Below, one piece after another: positions 18,190 to 28,598 of a stretch of DNA of 64,000 nt. Position numbers and translations under genes: made by a program. This DNA comes from an uncultured bacterium (GTDB lineage Bacteria > Zixibacteria > MSB-5A5 > GN15 > FEB-12): contig CBDVDR010000008.1 in the NCBI GenBank assembly GCA_965372795.1, positions 73,622 through 137,621 on the forward strand, in the 5' to 3' direction. The notes beneath the pieces were generated by a model. That model was not told the origin of the DNA, made no database searches, and saw nothing but the letters and a program-made list of their open reading frames with translations. The first letter of the stretch is position 1, and each line of letters begins with the position of its first letter.

Positions 18190-20709
18190 ATGCGCGGAAT
18201 TACTATCTTTTTTTTAACTCTAATTGTTATAGTGTCGTTTTCTGTTTTCGCAAAACCTCCGGAAGGCACTCAAACAAATTTTACCAATCCAAGCAAATCA
18301 ATAGATTCTGACACATACATCAATGCCAATAAGCTTTTGATGCTAACAACTAATGTTGGTTCTTTTGCTTATGATTTGGGGGGACTGTTCGGGAAAACGG
18401 ATGGTCTTTATTATCCCTTTACATCATTGTCTGATATAACTTTCGGTTTTAACGACAGAACTCTTATCTATGCTGCCGGGCTGTGGCTGGGCAGTGTTGA
18501 GAATGGTATTGGTGACACGCTGATCGCATTGGCTGGATATTCGCAAGAGTATGTTCCCGGTCCTATGGTGGGCGGAACCTTTCAGCCCGATAACCCTTCT
18601 TTTAGGGTCTATAAACTTTACGCTGACAGTATGGCTGGCAACCCCAATCAGGATTATCTTGACTGGCCGGTTGATCAGGGGGCGCCGGTTGATGAATATG
18701 GCAATCCTGAACTAACCGGCGATCAAACGCTCTGGACAATTTTTAATGATGCTGATCCAAGCCAACATACTAACAATTCTGGTAAAACGGCACCACTTGG
18801 GGTTGAAGTTCACCAAAGAATTTGGGCTGTGGACGAACCAGGTATAATCGAAATCCCTCAACTTGATAGATTTTTATCTGCGGTTCACATTACCGGTGGT
18901 TCTCGCGGGACTGTAGGTGTGGAATTGGTTGAAATGGATCCGCTTATTGGTCACAGCTATATGGTTGTCTTTCGAGATGATTTCACCTATGGTTTAGTGT
19001 GGGATTTAATTAATGTTTCAACCGGAATCACAATCCTTGAAAACCAAACCAATCAGTCAGGGGACGGTCTTTATGCGACTGTCGAAGGAATAAAAGTCCA
19101 TGTAGTAAGGGGAGCCGCCGGAGTTATTGACTGGAGTATTCCCAACGGCACCAGAAGATTTACCTGGGCTGGAGGAGCAGATGGTTTTGGATGGGAAGGA
19201 TTTTTTGGCGCTATCGGATGGGGCGGTCCGGGAGATACTCATGGTTTTGGAGGATACGATCCGGTTCCTGAAGAATCCCTGATAAATGTTCTTTTGAAAC
19301 TTGCCGAGGTTGATGTATATGGAAATTACGATCCTAATGACCCTAATGTATCATATGGATATCGTTATTTAAGAGGTGCAAATGGCCCTCCGGCTCGACC
19401 GGAATTTGTACCTTATATTATAAATCCTTCAAGCTATGGATTTCAGGCTTTCGAAAAGAATATTCCATTGTCAGCCTGGAATGTGAGTGTTAATCCACCA
19501 AAAAGATTAACAATGGGCTTTTTGGAAAATAATACTTTTAATGGTTTGGTTGATGGTAAGTATTTTCCGGGAAGCTATGTAGACTATGACAATGTTTCAA
19601 GTTTAGGACCTCGTGAATGGTTGTGGATATTTTTGGATGATTACTCTGAAACTCTCAATCCGGCTTATGCCTTAAACGCTATTGATGATCCAATGCCGAT
19701 AATGTATTGGAGTACAGCCGCCAGAAGGGGTGATGTTCCCTTTAACACCGGTGATGAATTCCTGATAATTGCAGGTCCCGGTGAGTTGAACACACCCGCT
19801 GATACTTTTATTTTTACTGTGCCGGATGATGAGCCTTTGAGCTCGGGACCGGAAGGACTGTCAATTTATATTGAACATAAGATATTTAATAAAGGCGGGA
19901 AAAATCTGATCAACTGTTACGCCTCTATCTGGGCTGATCCGGATCTTGGTGATGCCGGTGATGATATGGTCGGTTGTGATACGGTCTTAGATTTTGGCTA
20001 TTGCTATAATGGCGATCCTTATGATGGTATTTATGACACTTATGTCCCGGCTGTCGGGTTTCAGGTCATTGAAAGTCCGGTTGTTTATACCGGGAATATT
20101 TATGATACGGCAAAATACTGGGGAACTGACTTAGTTAGATATGAAAATATTGGCATGACGGCTTTTTCAAAATTCATCAATGGTACGGACCCTCAAAGTA
20201 AATTTGAGAGCTACTATTATATGCAGGGATTAAAGCAAGATGGATCTGATTATGTGGATGAGTTTGGTGTCACGACAAAATTCCAATTTGCCGGTGATCC
20301 GGTAACCGGTACCGGTGCGGTTGATTTTGATCAGGCAGATCGAAGGATGTTTATAACTACCGGTCCGTTTAATTTGGGTACGACTGACTCACTCTGTTTC
20401 ACGGTCAAACTTGCCGTTGGACAGGGAACCGATTACCTTTCATCAATAACAGCCTTGCGGGATATATTTATGAACGACCCTGATGATTGCTGTATTATCA
20501 GAGGCGATTTAAATCATCTCGGCGGTGACTTGCCAATTGACATAACCGACCTGACATTTCTAATTGACTATATGTTCAGAGAGGGTGCGGCACCTTATTG
20601 TGATGAAGAAGCAGATCTTGATGATTCCGGTGAAATCGATATTTCTGATTTAACATTTTTAATTGATTTTATGTTTAGAGAGGGACCGGCGCCGGCGCCT
20701 TGTAATTAG
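18190..20709 (+). CDS. Secreted multidomain protein with C-terminal dockerin-like domain (paralog 1)
   Basis: Signal peptide (MRGITIFFLTLIVIVSFSVFA); C-terminal CCIIRGDLN...DITDLTFLIDYMF..G..P.C.EEADLDDSGEIDISDLTFLIDFMF..GPAPAPC duplicated Ca-binding-loop repeat. Confidence 0.8.
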   Translation: MRGITIFFLTLIVIVSFSVFAKPPEGTQTNFTNPSKSIDSDTYINANKLLMLTTNVGSFAYDLGGLFGKTDGLYYPFTSLSDITFGFNDRTLIYAAGLWLGSVENGIGDTLIALAGYSQEYVPGPMVGGTFQPDNPSFRVYKLYADSMAGNPNQDYLDWPVDQGAPVDEYGNPELTGDQTLWTIFNDADPSQHTNNSGKTAPLGVEVHQRIWAVDEPGIIEIPQLDRFLSAVHITGGSRGTVGVELVEMDPLIGHSYMVVFRDDFTYGLVWDLINVSTGITILENQTNQSGDGLYATVEGIKVHVVRGAAGVIDWSIPNGTRRFTWAGGADGFGWEGFFGAIGWGGPGDTHGFGGYDPVPEESLINVLLKLAEVDVYGNYDPNDPNVSYGYRYLRGANGPPARPEFVPYIINPSSYGFQAFEKNIPLSAWNVSVNPPKRLTMGFLENNTFNGLVDGKYFPGSYVDYDNVSSLGPREWLWIFLDDYSETLNPAYALNAIDDPMPIMYWSTAARRGDVPFNTGDEFLIIAGPGELNTPADTFIFTVPDDEPLSSGPEGLSIYIEHKIFNKGGKNLINCYASIWADPDLGDAGDDMVGCDTVLDFGYCYNGDPYDGIYDTYVPAVGFQVIESPVVYTGNIYDTAKYWGTDLVRYENIGMTAFSKFINGTDPQSKFESYYYMQGLKQDGSDYVDEFGVTTKFQFAGDPVTGTGAVDFDQADRRMFITTGPFNLGTTDSLCFTVKLAVGQGTDYLSSITALRDIFMNDPDDCCIIRGDLNHLGGDLPIDITDLTFLIDYMFREGAAPYCDEEADLDDSGEIDISDLTFLIDFMFREGPAPAPCN

Positions 20710-20744
20710 TTTTGATTTATTAAAAATAAATCTTGAAAGGGAAT

Positions 20745-23264
20745 ATGATGAAACAATTATTGATAATATCGTTTTTGGTTTTTGTCATGGCATTTTCTGT
20801 TCTGGGAAAACAACCCGAAGGCGATCAAGACAAGATAATCAACTCAAATAAAGCACTTGATACCGACACATATATTAATGCCAATAAATTATTGATGATG
20901 ACTACCAATGTGGGGGTTTTCGCAACTGATATTAGTAGTATTTTCTATAAAACGGATGGGCTTTATTATCCTTATACAAACACTTATGATATCATTTATG
21001 GACTAAACAATAACTCGGTTGTATATGCTGCCGGTATATGGTTTGGGGGAGTCGACAATAGCACTAATGATACGCTGGTAACGATTGCCGAATATAATGA
21101 AGAATATGTTCCCGGACCAATGGCGGGAGGTACTTTTCAACCGGATCAAGCTTCATTCAGAGTTTACAAACTTTATGCTGACAGCATGGAGAGCAATCCA
21201 AATCAGGACTATCTTGACTGGCCTGTTGATCAGGGTGCACCAGTTGATGAGCTTGGACGTCCTGAAATAACCGGTGATCAAATGCTTTGGACGGTGTTTA
21301 ACGATGCTGATCCGGTTGCTCATCAAAATAATTCAGGAATGACAGCACCCAATGGGATAGAAGTTCAACAAAGAATTTGGGCGGTTGATCAAAGCGGGAG
21401 TATTGAGATACCATTAAATAATAAATATGATGCACAATTGATTTCAGGATCAACATTTGGACAAGTTTATGCTAATGTTGTTAATCCAGCGGCGTTGACA
21501 GGGCATACTTATATGGTTGTTTTTAAAGGTGATGTAATCAACGGAACAACCTGGGATTTAATTGACGTTACCCTTGGACTTACAATTCTACCTAACCAGA
21601 CTAACCAAAGCGGTGATGCGAATTATGCTATTATTGATGGATTAAAAGTAATTGTCACAGATTTACCCTGGGGAGTATCCGGCTGGAGTGTCCCAAGTGG
21701 AATAAGGAATTTTGCATCAATGAATGCAGATGGTTTTGAATGGGAAGGGTTTAATGGTGCCATAGGCTGGGGCGGTCCCGGTGATACTCATGGATTCGGT
21801 GTGTATGACCCGGTCCCGCTTAGTTCACTGAGTGATGTTCTTCTTAAGTTTGCAACAACTGATTTAAATGGTAATTTTGATCCTAACGATCCGAATGTTT
21901 CTTTTGGATACCGATATTTGAGAAATGCTATGAACTCTCCAGCTCTCCCCGAGTTTGCACCCTATATTATAAACCATACCTCAAGCTATGGATTTCAGAT
22001 TTTCGAAAAAAATATTCCATTATCTGCCTGGAATGTTAGTGTTGACCCACCTCAAAGGTTAACAATGGGCTTTTTGGAAAATAATGTTGTGGGTGGTTTG
22101 GTTGATGGCAAGTATTTCCCGGGCTATTATGAATTTTATGACAATACTACAAGCGATGGACCTCGCGAATGGCTTTGGATATATCTTGATGACTACTCCG
22201 AAACCCCAAATCCGGCTTATATGATAAATGCTATTGATGAACCGATGCCTATAATGTACTGGAACACGAGTAATAGGAGAAATGAGACTTTTAATACCGG
22301 TGATGAATTCAAAATATTTGGTGGACTTCATGTGATTAATCTGCCAACTGATACATTTGTGTTTACCGTACCCTCCTATCAATCGCTGTCAACCGGTCCG
22401 GAAGGATTATCAATTTATATCGAACATAAGATTTTTAACAAAGGCGGGAAAAACCTGAACAACTGTTACGCATCTTTCTGGTGTGATCCGGATATTGGTG
22501 ATGCCATTGATGATCTGGTTGGGTGCGATACAATTTTGGGTGTCGGTTACAGCTATAACGGGGATGATAATGATGCTGACTATGGCTTTAAATCTCCTGC
22601 GGTCGGAGTTAAGGTTTTGGAAAGTCCGATTGAATTTACCGGTAATGATACCGATACGGCAACCTTTTGGGGAATGAAATTTCCGGGTTATAGAAATCTT
22701 GGTATGACATCATTTGCAAAATATATTAACGGTACCGATCCGCAGAATAAAACTGAGGCTTATAATTATATGCAGGGATTAAATCCTGATGGTACTTCCT
22801 ACATTGACAATCTTGGCAATCCAAACAAGTTTCATAAGTCGGGTGATCCGGTATTGGGTGTTGGTGATGTAGATACTGACCTTGCTGATAGAAGATTTAT
22901 GGTAACAAGCGGACCGTTTGATTTTGCCAATGGTGACAGCACTGTTATATTAGTTAAGTTAGCCATCGGGCAGGGTTTTGATCGATTAGCATCAGTAAGC
23001 TCGTTGAAAGAAATTCTGCAAGGCGAAGTTGATCCCGGGGGCTGTTGTATTTTCAGAGGTGACATCAATCATCTTGGCGGTGATATACCGTTAGATATTT
23101 TGGACCTTACTTACCTTATTGATTATATGTTCAGAGCTGGTGAGGCACCAATTTGTTTAGAGGAAGCTGATCTTGATGGAAGTGGTGAAATTGATATAAC
23201 AGATTTGACATTTATAATCGACTTTATGTTTAGAGAGGGTCCGGCACCAGCACCTTGTAATTAA
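20745..23264 (+). CDS. Secreted multidomain protein with C-terminal dockerin-like domain (paralog 2)
   Basis: Signal peptide; collinear with 18190-20709, sharing blocks such as FRVYKLYADSM, NQDYLDWPVDQGAP, GAIGWGGPGDTHGFG, SIYIEHKIFNKGGKNL and FMFREGPAPAPCN. Confidence 0.8.
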   Translation: MMKQLLIISFLVFVMAFSVLGKQPEGDQDKIINSNKALDTDTYINANKLLMMTTNVGVFATDISSIFYKTDGLYYPYTNTYDIIYGLNNNSVVYAAGIWFGGVDNSTNDTLVTIAEYNEEYVPGPMAGGTFQPDQASFRVYKLYADSMESNPNQDYLDWPVDQGAPVDELGRPEITGDQMLWTVFNDADPVAHQNNSGMTAPNGIEVQQRIWAVDQSGSIEIPLNNKYDAQLISGSTFGQVYANVVNPAALTGHTYMVVFKGDVINGTTWDLIDVTLGLTILPNQTNQSGDANYAIIDGLKVIVTDLPWGVSGWSVPSGIRNFASMNADGFEWEGFNGAIGWGGPGDTHGFGVYDPVPLSSLSDVLLKFATTDLNGNFDPNDPNVSFGYRYLRNAMNSPALPEFAPYIINHTSSYGFQIFEKNIPLSAWNVSVDPPQRLTMGFLENNVVGGLVDGKYFPGYYEFYDNTTSDGPREWLWIYLDDYSETPNPAYMINAIDEPMPIMYWNTSNRRNETFNTGDEFKIFGGLHVINLPTDTFVFTVPSYQSLSTGPEGLSIYIEHKIFNKGGKNLNNCYASFWCDPDIGDAIDDLVGCDTILGVGYSYNGDDNDADYGFKSPAVGVKVLESPIEFTGNDTDTATFWGMKFPGYRNLGMTSFAKYINGTDPQNKTEAYNYMQGLNPDGTSYIDNLGNPNKFHKSGDPVLGVGDVDTDLADRRFMVTSGPFDFANGDSTVILVKLAIGQGFDRLASVSSLKEILQGEVDPGGCCIFRGDINHLGGDIPLDILDLTYLIDYMFRAGEAPICLEEADLDGSGEIDITDLTFIIDFMFREGPAPAPCN

Positions 23265-23301
23265 ATAATATTTTGTTACTGATAATTATTATCGTTGACA
23301 T

Positions 23302-24159
23302 TTAATGTCGTTGACAACGAGGACAGAAATGGGCAGAGCGTGAACCGATTTTTTCACGGATAATTTTTTGTCCGCAATACTGACACGGATTGCCTTCGTT
23401 GTTATAGGCTTTGAGATATTTTTGAAAACTTCCCTGCTTGCCGTTTATACCGGAAAAACTATCAACCGTTGTGCCCATTTTGCTGATCGAATATTTCAAC
23501 ATCTTCTGGATTGAGTTGTGCAGTTCAATTAACTTCTTTTTTGATAGTGACGAAGTTATTTTCTTGGGATGTATCTTGCATTGATGCAGAGCTTCATCGG
23601 CATAGATATTTCCTATCCCAACGATAAAAGACTGGTCAAGTAAAGCAGATTTTATCATTCTGGAACGGTTCTTGAACAGTTTTATAAAATCATCCTCAGA
23701 AATTTCCAATGGTTCCGGTCCAAGTTCTTTTAATCCCTTTTGTTCCCATAGTTCATCATTGTTAAAGAGGCGCAGCCTTCCGAAGCGACGATAGTCATTA
23801 AACCTTAGGCACTTTGTGCCTTTATTTTTATGGTCAGAATTTATTAAATTGAAAATTACCAGATCATGTTTGCCAATCGGTTCTGATGAATCCAGGTAGA
23901 AAAAATGTCCGGTCATTTTTAGATGTGCCCATAGGGTGAGATTGCCCGACAAAGAGATTAGTATATTTTTACCCCGCCGACTAATAGCTTCGATTTTTTT
24001 CCCTTTTAAGGCTTTGGCGAACCCTTTTTTTTCTAAAGATTTGCCAACCACAATTGTTGAGGCGGGAGTGTTATTAAGAATAACAGATTTGATGGTGCTG
24101 TTTTGAACAGTTTTTCTTAAGCCTCGGACAACTGTTTCGACTTCGGGAAGTTCAGGCAT
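23302..24159 (-). CDS. mutM: Formamidopyrimidine-DNA glycosylase
   Basis: MPELPEVE, RRGK, HLKMTG, D.RRFG, GIGNIYADE, C-terminal CQYC...FCPRCQ zinc finger. Confidence 0.97.
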   Translation of the reverse strand: MPELPEVETVVRGLRKTVQNSTIKSVILNNTPASTIVVGKSLEKKGFAKALKGKKIEAISRRGKNILISLSGNLTLWAHLKMTGHFFYLDSSEPIGKHDLVIFNLINSDHKNKGTKCLRFNDYRRFGRLRLFNNDELWEQKGLKELGPEPLEISEDDFIKLFKNRSRMIKSALLDQSFIVGIGNIYADEALHQCKIHPKKITSSLSKKKLIELHNSIQKMLKYSISKMGTTVDSFSGINGKQGSFQKYLKAYNNEGNPCQYCGQKIIREKIGSRSAHFCPRCQRH

Positions 24160-24161
24160 AT

Positions 24162-27023
24162 TTATTTCTTATGATTTAAAATATCTTTTAGATATCTTCC
24201 GGTGTAAGATTTTCTAATTTTGGAAACATCTTCCGGTGAACCGATAGCAATAATTTCACCGCCGCCATCTCCGCCCTCGGGTCCAATATCGATTACCCAG
24301 TCAGCAGTTTTGATAACATCAAGGTTATGTTCGATCACCAATACGGTGTTTCCGCGGTCAACGAGTTCATTTAAGACTTGAAGAAGCATCCGAATATCTT
24401 CAAAGTGAAGTCCGGTTGTCGGCTCATCAAGAATATACATCGTCCGCCCGGTCGCAACCTTGGAAAGCTCGGTTGCCAGCTTGACTCGTTGTGCCTCTCC
24501 GCCGGAAAGAGTGGTTGCCTGTTGTCCAAGATGAATATATCCCAGTCCGACATTGAAAAGAGTCAGTAATTTTTTCTTAATGCGGGGAATGTTTTCAAAA
24601 AAGGATAATGCCTCTTCAACGGTCATATCTAAAACATCAGCAATATTATTTCCTTTGAAAGTAACTTCGAGGGTTTCCCGATTATACCTTTTACCTTTGC
24701 ATATTTCACAGGGAACATACACATCCGGCAAGAAGTGCATCTCAATTTTTATTATTCCATCCCCTTCACAAGCTTCGCATCTCCCTCCTTTGACGTTAAA
24801 GGAAAATCTTCCGGGCATATATCCGCGCGCTTTTGATTCCGGTAATCCTGAAAAGAGATCGCGAACATAGGTGAATACTCCGGTATAGGTTGCCGGATTG
24901 GAACGAGGCGTTCTGCCGATTGGAGACTGGTCGATATCTATCACTTTATCAATATGTTCGAGTCCATTTATTTTTTTGTGTGGCAGTGACACTTTACGGC
25001 TGTTGTAAAAATGACGGGCAAGGATCCGATAGAGAGTTTCGTTGATTAAAGTTGATTTGCCGGAACCGGAGACTCCGGTTATGACAACCAGATTACCGAG
25101 TGGGATTTCAACGTCGACCGATTTCAAATTATTTCCGGTGGCACCGTATAATTTGATCAGGTTACCATTGTGTTCTCTTCGGGCTTTAGGTGTGGCGATT
25201 TCTTTTTTATCTGACAGGTATTGTCCGGTAATCGACCGTTTGTTTTTCTTTATCTGTTTGGGGGTACCCTGTGCAACGATTTTACCGCCATGAATTCCGG
25301 CACCCGGTCCAAGATCAATAACATGATCGGCCGCTTCAATTGTTTCCCGATCATGTTCGACCACCAGCACGGTGTTGCCAATATCTCTTAATTCAAGAAG
25401 GGTGTCCAACAATCTTCGGTTGTCCCGTTGATGTAAACCGATAGAAGGTTCATCAAGAATATATAAAACGCCTACAAGTCGCGATCCTATCTGAGTTGCC
25501 AGACGAATCCGCTGGACTTCACCTCCTGATAATGTGGAAGCGGTTCGACTAAGCGTTAAATAGTCAAGTCCGACATTGCATAAAAACCCTAACCGTTCGT
25601 TGACCTCTTTTAGAATTTGTTTGCCGATCAGTTTTTGCCGTTTGGTTAGGTTGATTTTTTGGAAAAATAGATTTGCCTGTTTAATTGACATATCGGTAAT
25701 ACTGTCAATTGTTTCCCGGTCGATGACTACTGACAGTGCTTCAGGACGAAGCCGGGCACCGTCACATGAGGGGCATTTAGAGATCGACATATAATTTTCA
25801 ATCCAGGCTCTGACACCTCCAGATTCGGTCTGTTTGTATCTGCGTTCAAGATGAGGAATAACGCCTTCAAACTTAGCATGATATTTTCCCGACCCTTTAC
25901 CTTTTCCAGAAGTATGTTCATATTCAAAAGTGACTTCTTCTTTGGAGCCATATAGAATAATATTTTGTACTTGCTTACTTAACTTTTTAAACGGTTTTGA
26001 AAACTTAAAATCATAATGACTGGCGATACCTTTTAACATATATCGGTACCAGTTTGCCATATCAATTCCACCCCAGGGTTTAATGGCACCTTCATTAATA
26101 GAAAAATCATAATTAGGGATTACCAGATCCGGGTCGATTTCCATCTTTTTCCCCAAACCATCACATACCTTACAAGCTCCAAACGGGGAATTAAATGAAA
26201 ACAGTCGCGGGCTTGGTTCTTCATAGCTGATATTGCAATTTAAACAGGCAAATTGTTCTGAAAAAAGAAGATCCTTCTTTTTAATATTTACCAGCACAGT
26301 TCCGTTGGCGATTTTTAGGGCAGTTTCGACAGAATCTGCCAGTCGGCGTTTTGATTTGGCTTTAACAACAAGTCGATCAACAACTGCTTCAATGGTGTGT
26401 TTTTTCTTTTTATCCAGCTCGATATCAGAATCAGAATCATATATTTCACCATCAATTCGGAGCCTGATGAATCCTTCTCGAATAGCTTCATCAATTATAT
26501 CTTTATGTTCACCTTTTTTACCCCTGACTAACGGAGCCAGAATCATCAAACGGTCACCCTCTTCAAAACTCAGGATTGAATCTACAATCTGTTCAACTGT
26601 CTGTTGGGTAATTGGTTGGTTGCATTTTATGCAATGCGGAACGCCGATTCTTGCGAATAATAGTCTTAAATAATCGTAAATTTCGGTTACGGTCCCAACA
26701 GTTGAGCGGGGGTTTTTGGGTGCTCCTTTTTGTTCAATTGAAATTGCCGGAGAAAGACCCTCAATAAAATCTATATCCGGTTTTTCCATCAATCCCAGAA
26801 ACTGCCGGGCATAAGAACTAAGCGATTCAACATAACGGCGCTGACCTTCGGCATAAATTGTGTCAAATGCAAGAGAGCTTTTGCCTGAGCCGGAGAGACC
26901 GGTTATGACTGTAAAGCTGTTACGGGGAATTTTTACATCTATATTCTTTAAATTGTGTTCACGAGCACCTTTAACAAACAGGAAATTCTGATTTTCAATA
27001 TTCCGAGAATTATTCTTGGCCAT
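24162..27023 (-). CDS. uvrA: Excinuclease ABC subunit A
   Basis: [25 protein letters not shown], two ABC cassettes, [12 protein letters not shown]. Confidence 0.98.
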   Translation of the reverse strand: MAKNNSRNIENQNFLFVKGAREHNLKNIDVKIPRNSFTVITGLSGSGKSSLAFDTIYAEGQRRYVESLSSYARQFLGLMEKPDIDFIEGLSPAISIEQKGAPKNPRSTVGTVTEIYDYLRLLFARIGVPHCIKCNQPITQQTVEQIVDSILSFEEGDRLMILAPLVRGKKGEHKDIIDEAIREGFIRLRIDGEIYDSDSDIELDKKKKHTIEAVVDRLVVKAKSKRRLADSVETALKIANGTVLVNIKKKDLLFSEQFACLNCNISYEEPSPRLFSFNSPFGACKVCDGLGKKMEIDPDLVIPNYDFSINEGAIKPWGGIDMANWYRYMLKGIASHYDFKFSKPFKKLSKQVQNIILYGSKEEVTFEYEHTSGKGKGSGKYHAKFEGVIPHLERRYKQTESGGVRAWIENYMSISKCPSCDGARLRPEALSVVIDRETIDSITDMSIKQANLFFQKINLTKRQKLIGKQILKEVNERLGFLCNVGLDYLTLSRTASTLSGGEVQRIRLATQIGSRLVGVLYILDEPSIGLHQRDNRRLLDTLLELRDIGNTVLVVEHDRETIEAADHVIDLGPGAGIHGGKIVAQGTPKQIKKNKRSITGQYLSDKKEIATPKARREHNGNLIKLYGATGNNLKSVDVEIPLGNLVVITGVSGSGKSTLINETLYRILARHFYNSRKVSLPHKKINGLEHIDKVIDIDQSPIGRTPRSNPATYTGVFTYVRDLFSGLPESKARGYMPGRFSFNVKGGRCEACEGDGIIKIEMHFLPDVYVPCEICKGKRYNRETLEVTFKGNNIADVLDMTVEEALSFFENIPRIKKKLLTLFNVGLGYIHLGQQATTLSGGEAQRVKLATELSKVATGRTMYILDEPTTGLHFEDIRMLLQVLNELVDRGNTVLVIEHNLDVIKTADWVIDIGPEGGDGGGEIIAIGSPEDVSKIRKSYTGRYLKDILNHKK

Positions 27024-27196
27024 TTTTACTCCATTTTAAGTCCAAACAGCAATATAAACAATTTCTACGTATTTTAAAGAGAAATTCTGAATATCTAAAT
27101 CACATTTATGATAAAGATTTTGATAAAATTGGTGTGGATTCTACTTCATCACAATTTACTTGACAATAAAGTAACGGGGAGTAAATTACGGCAATT

Positions 27197-27799
27197 ATGC
27201 ACGATAAACATCAAGAATTTTTTGACAAACTCGCAGCTGAATGGGATACTACGTTCACTGCTGAGGACCTTGAACGCCTGTCACACATAATTGATAAGAT
27301 AGGTGTTAAAAAGGGAATGGATATCCTGGATTTAGGTTGTGGAACCGGAGTTCTATTTGATATTCTAAGACGTAAAGTTTCTAAAAGCGGATCCATTACA
27401 GGTGTCGATTTTTCGATTGAGATGGCAGAAAAAGCTCATCGTAATTTTCCCTTTGAGAATGTATTCGTAGTTGATGCCGATGCTATAAATCTTCCTTTTG
27501 CCGAGAATACATTTGATATGGCTGTTGCCTTTGCTGCGTTTCCTCATTTTTCAGACCAACAGCGAGCGATTGATGAAACTCATCGGGTTCTAAAAAGTGG
27601 AGCCAAATTTTATATCTTTCATCTTGAATCTTCCAAAGGTATCGCCGAGGAACATCAAAAGATTGGTGGCGCTGTTGAACATGATGAACTTCCGACCGAA
27701 GAAAAACTTCGCCAGATGTTTGATGCCAGCAAGTTTGTTGATGTCTATGTTGAGGACCATCCCGGACTTTATTTAGCTTATGGTATAAATTCTAAGTAA
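27197..27799 (+). CDS. Class I SAM-dependent methyltransferase
   Basis: ILDLGCGTG, GVDFS.EM, DA..LPF. Confidence 0.85.
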   Translation: MHDKHQEFFDKLAAEWDTTFTAEDLERLSHIIDKIGVKKGMDILDLGCGTGVLFDILRRKVSKSGSITGVDFSIEMAEKAHRNFPFENVFVVDADAINLPFAENTFDMAVAFAAFPHFSDQQRAIDETHRVLKSGAKFYIFHLESSKGIAEEHQKIGGAVEHDELPTEEKLRQMFDASKFVDVYVEDHPGLYLAYGINSK

Positions 27800-27810
27800 C
27801 TGCTTTTTAT

Positions 27811-28329
27811 ATGGCAGACATTATTACAAAAACCAGATTTATTTCTCATACATCGCTATATCTTGCATTAGCTGCATTATTACCGGTTGCCTTTCATGCC
27901 TTTGGAATCGGAGGCCGGGTCTTTTTACCGATGCATATCCCTGTTTTGTTAGCCGGTTTTCTTTGCGGCCCGTTTAGCGGTTTGATCGTTGGACTTCTGG
28001 GGCCGATTATTTCCCATCTGTTAACAGGAATGCCTCCAACCTATGCAGTACCGTTGATGACTATGGAATTATCAATTTATGGTATGTTTGCCGGAGTCAT
28101 GTATTATCGATTGAAAATGAATATTTACTTTTCGTTGATTATTGCCATGGTAGTAGGCCGGCTGGTTTTTGGTTTTTGCCTTTTATTGTTAGGTCGGTTT
28201 ATGGAATTGCCTTATTCAGCGGCTGAATTTTTTGCTGCCAGTGGTGCGATTGTTACCGGTCTTCCTGGAATAGTTGTTCAGCTGTTTTTAGTACCGGTGA
28301 TTGTTGCTGCTATCAAACGCGGGAAATAA
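27811..28329 (+). CDS. ECF transporter S component (substrate-binding membrane subunit)
   Basis: About 170-aa multi-TM protein with LP..FH....G..FLPMHIPVLLAG..CGP, TGMPP and GLPGI motifs. Confidence 0.85.
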   Translation: MADIITKTRFISHTSLYLALAALLPVAFHAFGIGGRVFLPMHIPVLLAGFLCGPFSGLIVGLLGPIISHLLTGMPPTYAVPLMTMELSIYGMFAGVMYYRLKMNIYFSLIIAMVVGRLVFGFCLLLLGRFMELPYSAAEFFAASGAIVTGLPGIVVQLFLVPVIVAAIKRGK

Positions 28330-28332
28330 ATC

Positions 28333-28527
28333 TTATTCTTCAAAATTACATTGACGATGAGTGCCATCACAGTATGGTTGATTTTTTGTTTGGCTGCAGC
28401 GGCAGATAAAAAATTTGCCTTCTTTGATTTCTGTTGACCCATCCGGCAAGGTTACTTCTGCTTTATCACATTCAATTATCAGAGAAGCATTTTTATTAGC
28501 TGTTATTTTTACTATATTCATAATCAC
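28333..28527 (-). CDS. CDGSH-type 2Fe-2S protein
   Basis: ICRCSQTKNQPYCDGTH matches the CDGSH motif. Confidence 0.9.
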   Translation of the reverse strand: MIMNIVKITANKNASLIIECDKAEVTLPDGSTEIKEGKFFICRCSQTKNQPYCDGTHRQCNFEE

Positions 28528-28598
28528 CTCATTTTTAATAGTTAATAATTATATAAAACCAAGAGACTTACCAAAAGTTTCCAGTTATAGGAATAAAT

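Noticed and set aside
23280..23294. Near-perfect Fur 7-1-7 box TGATAAT-T-ATTATCG
   Set aside because: Sits in a 37-bp gap between two convergent 3' ends with no promoter to control; more likely a weak hairpin or chance.
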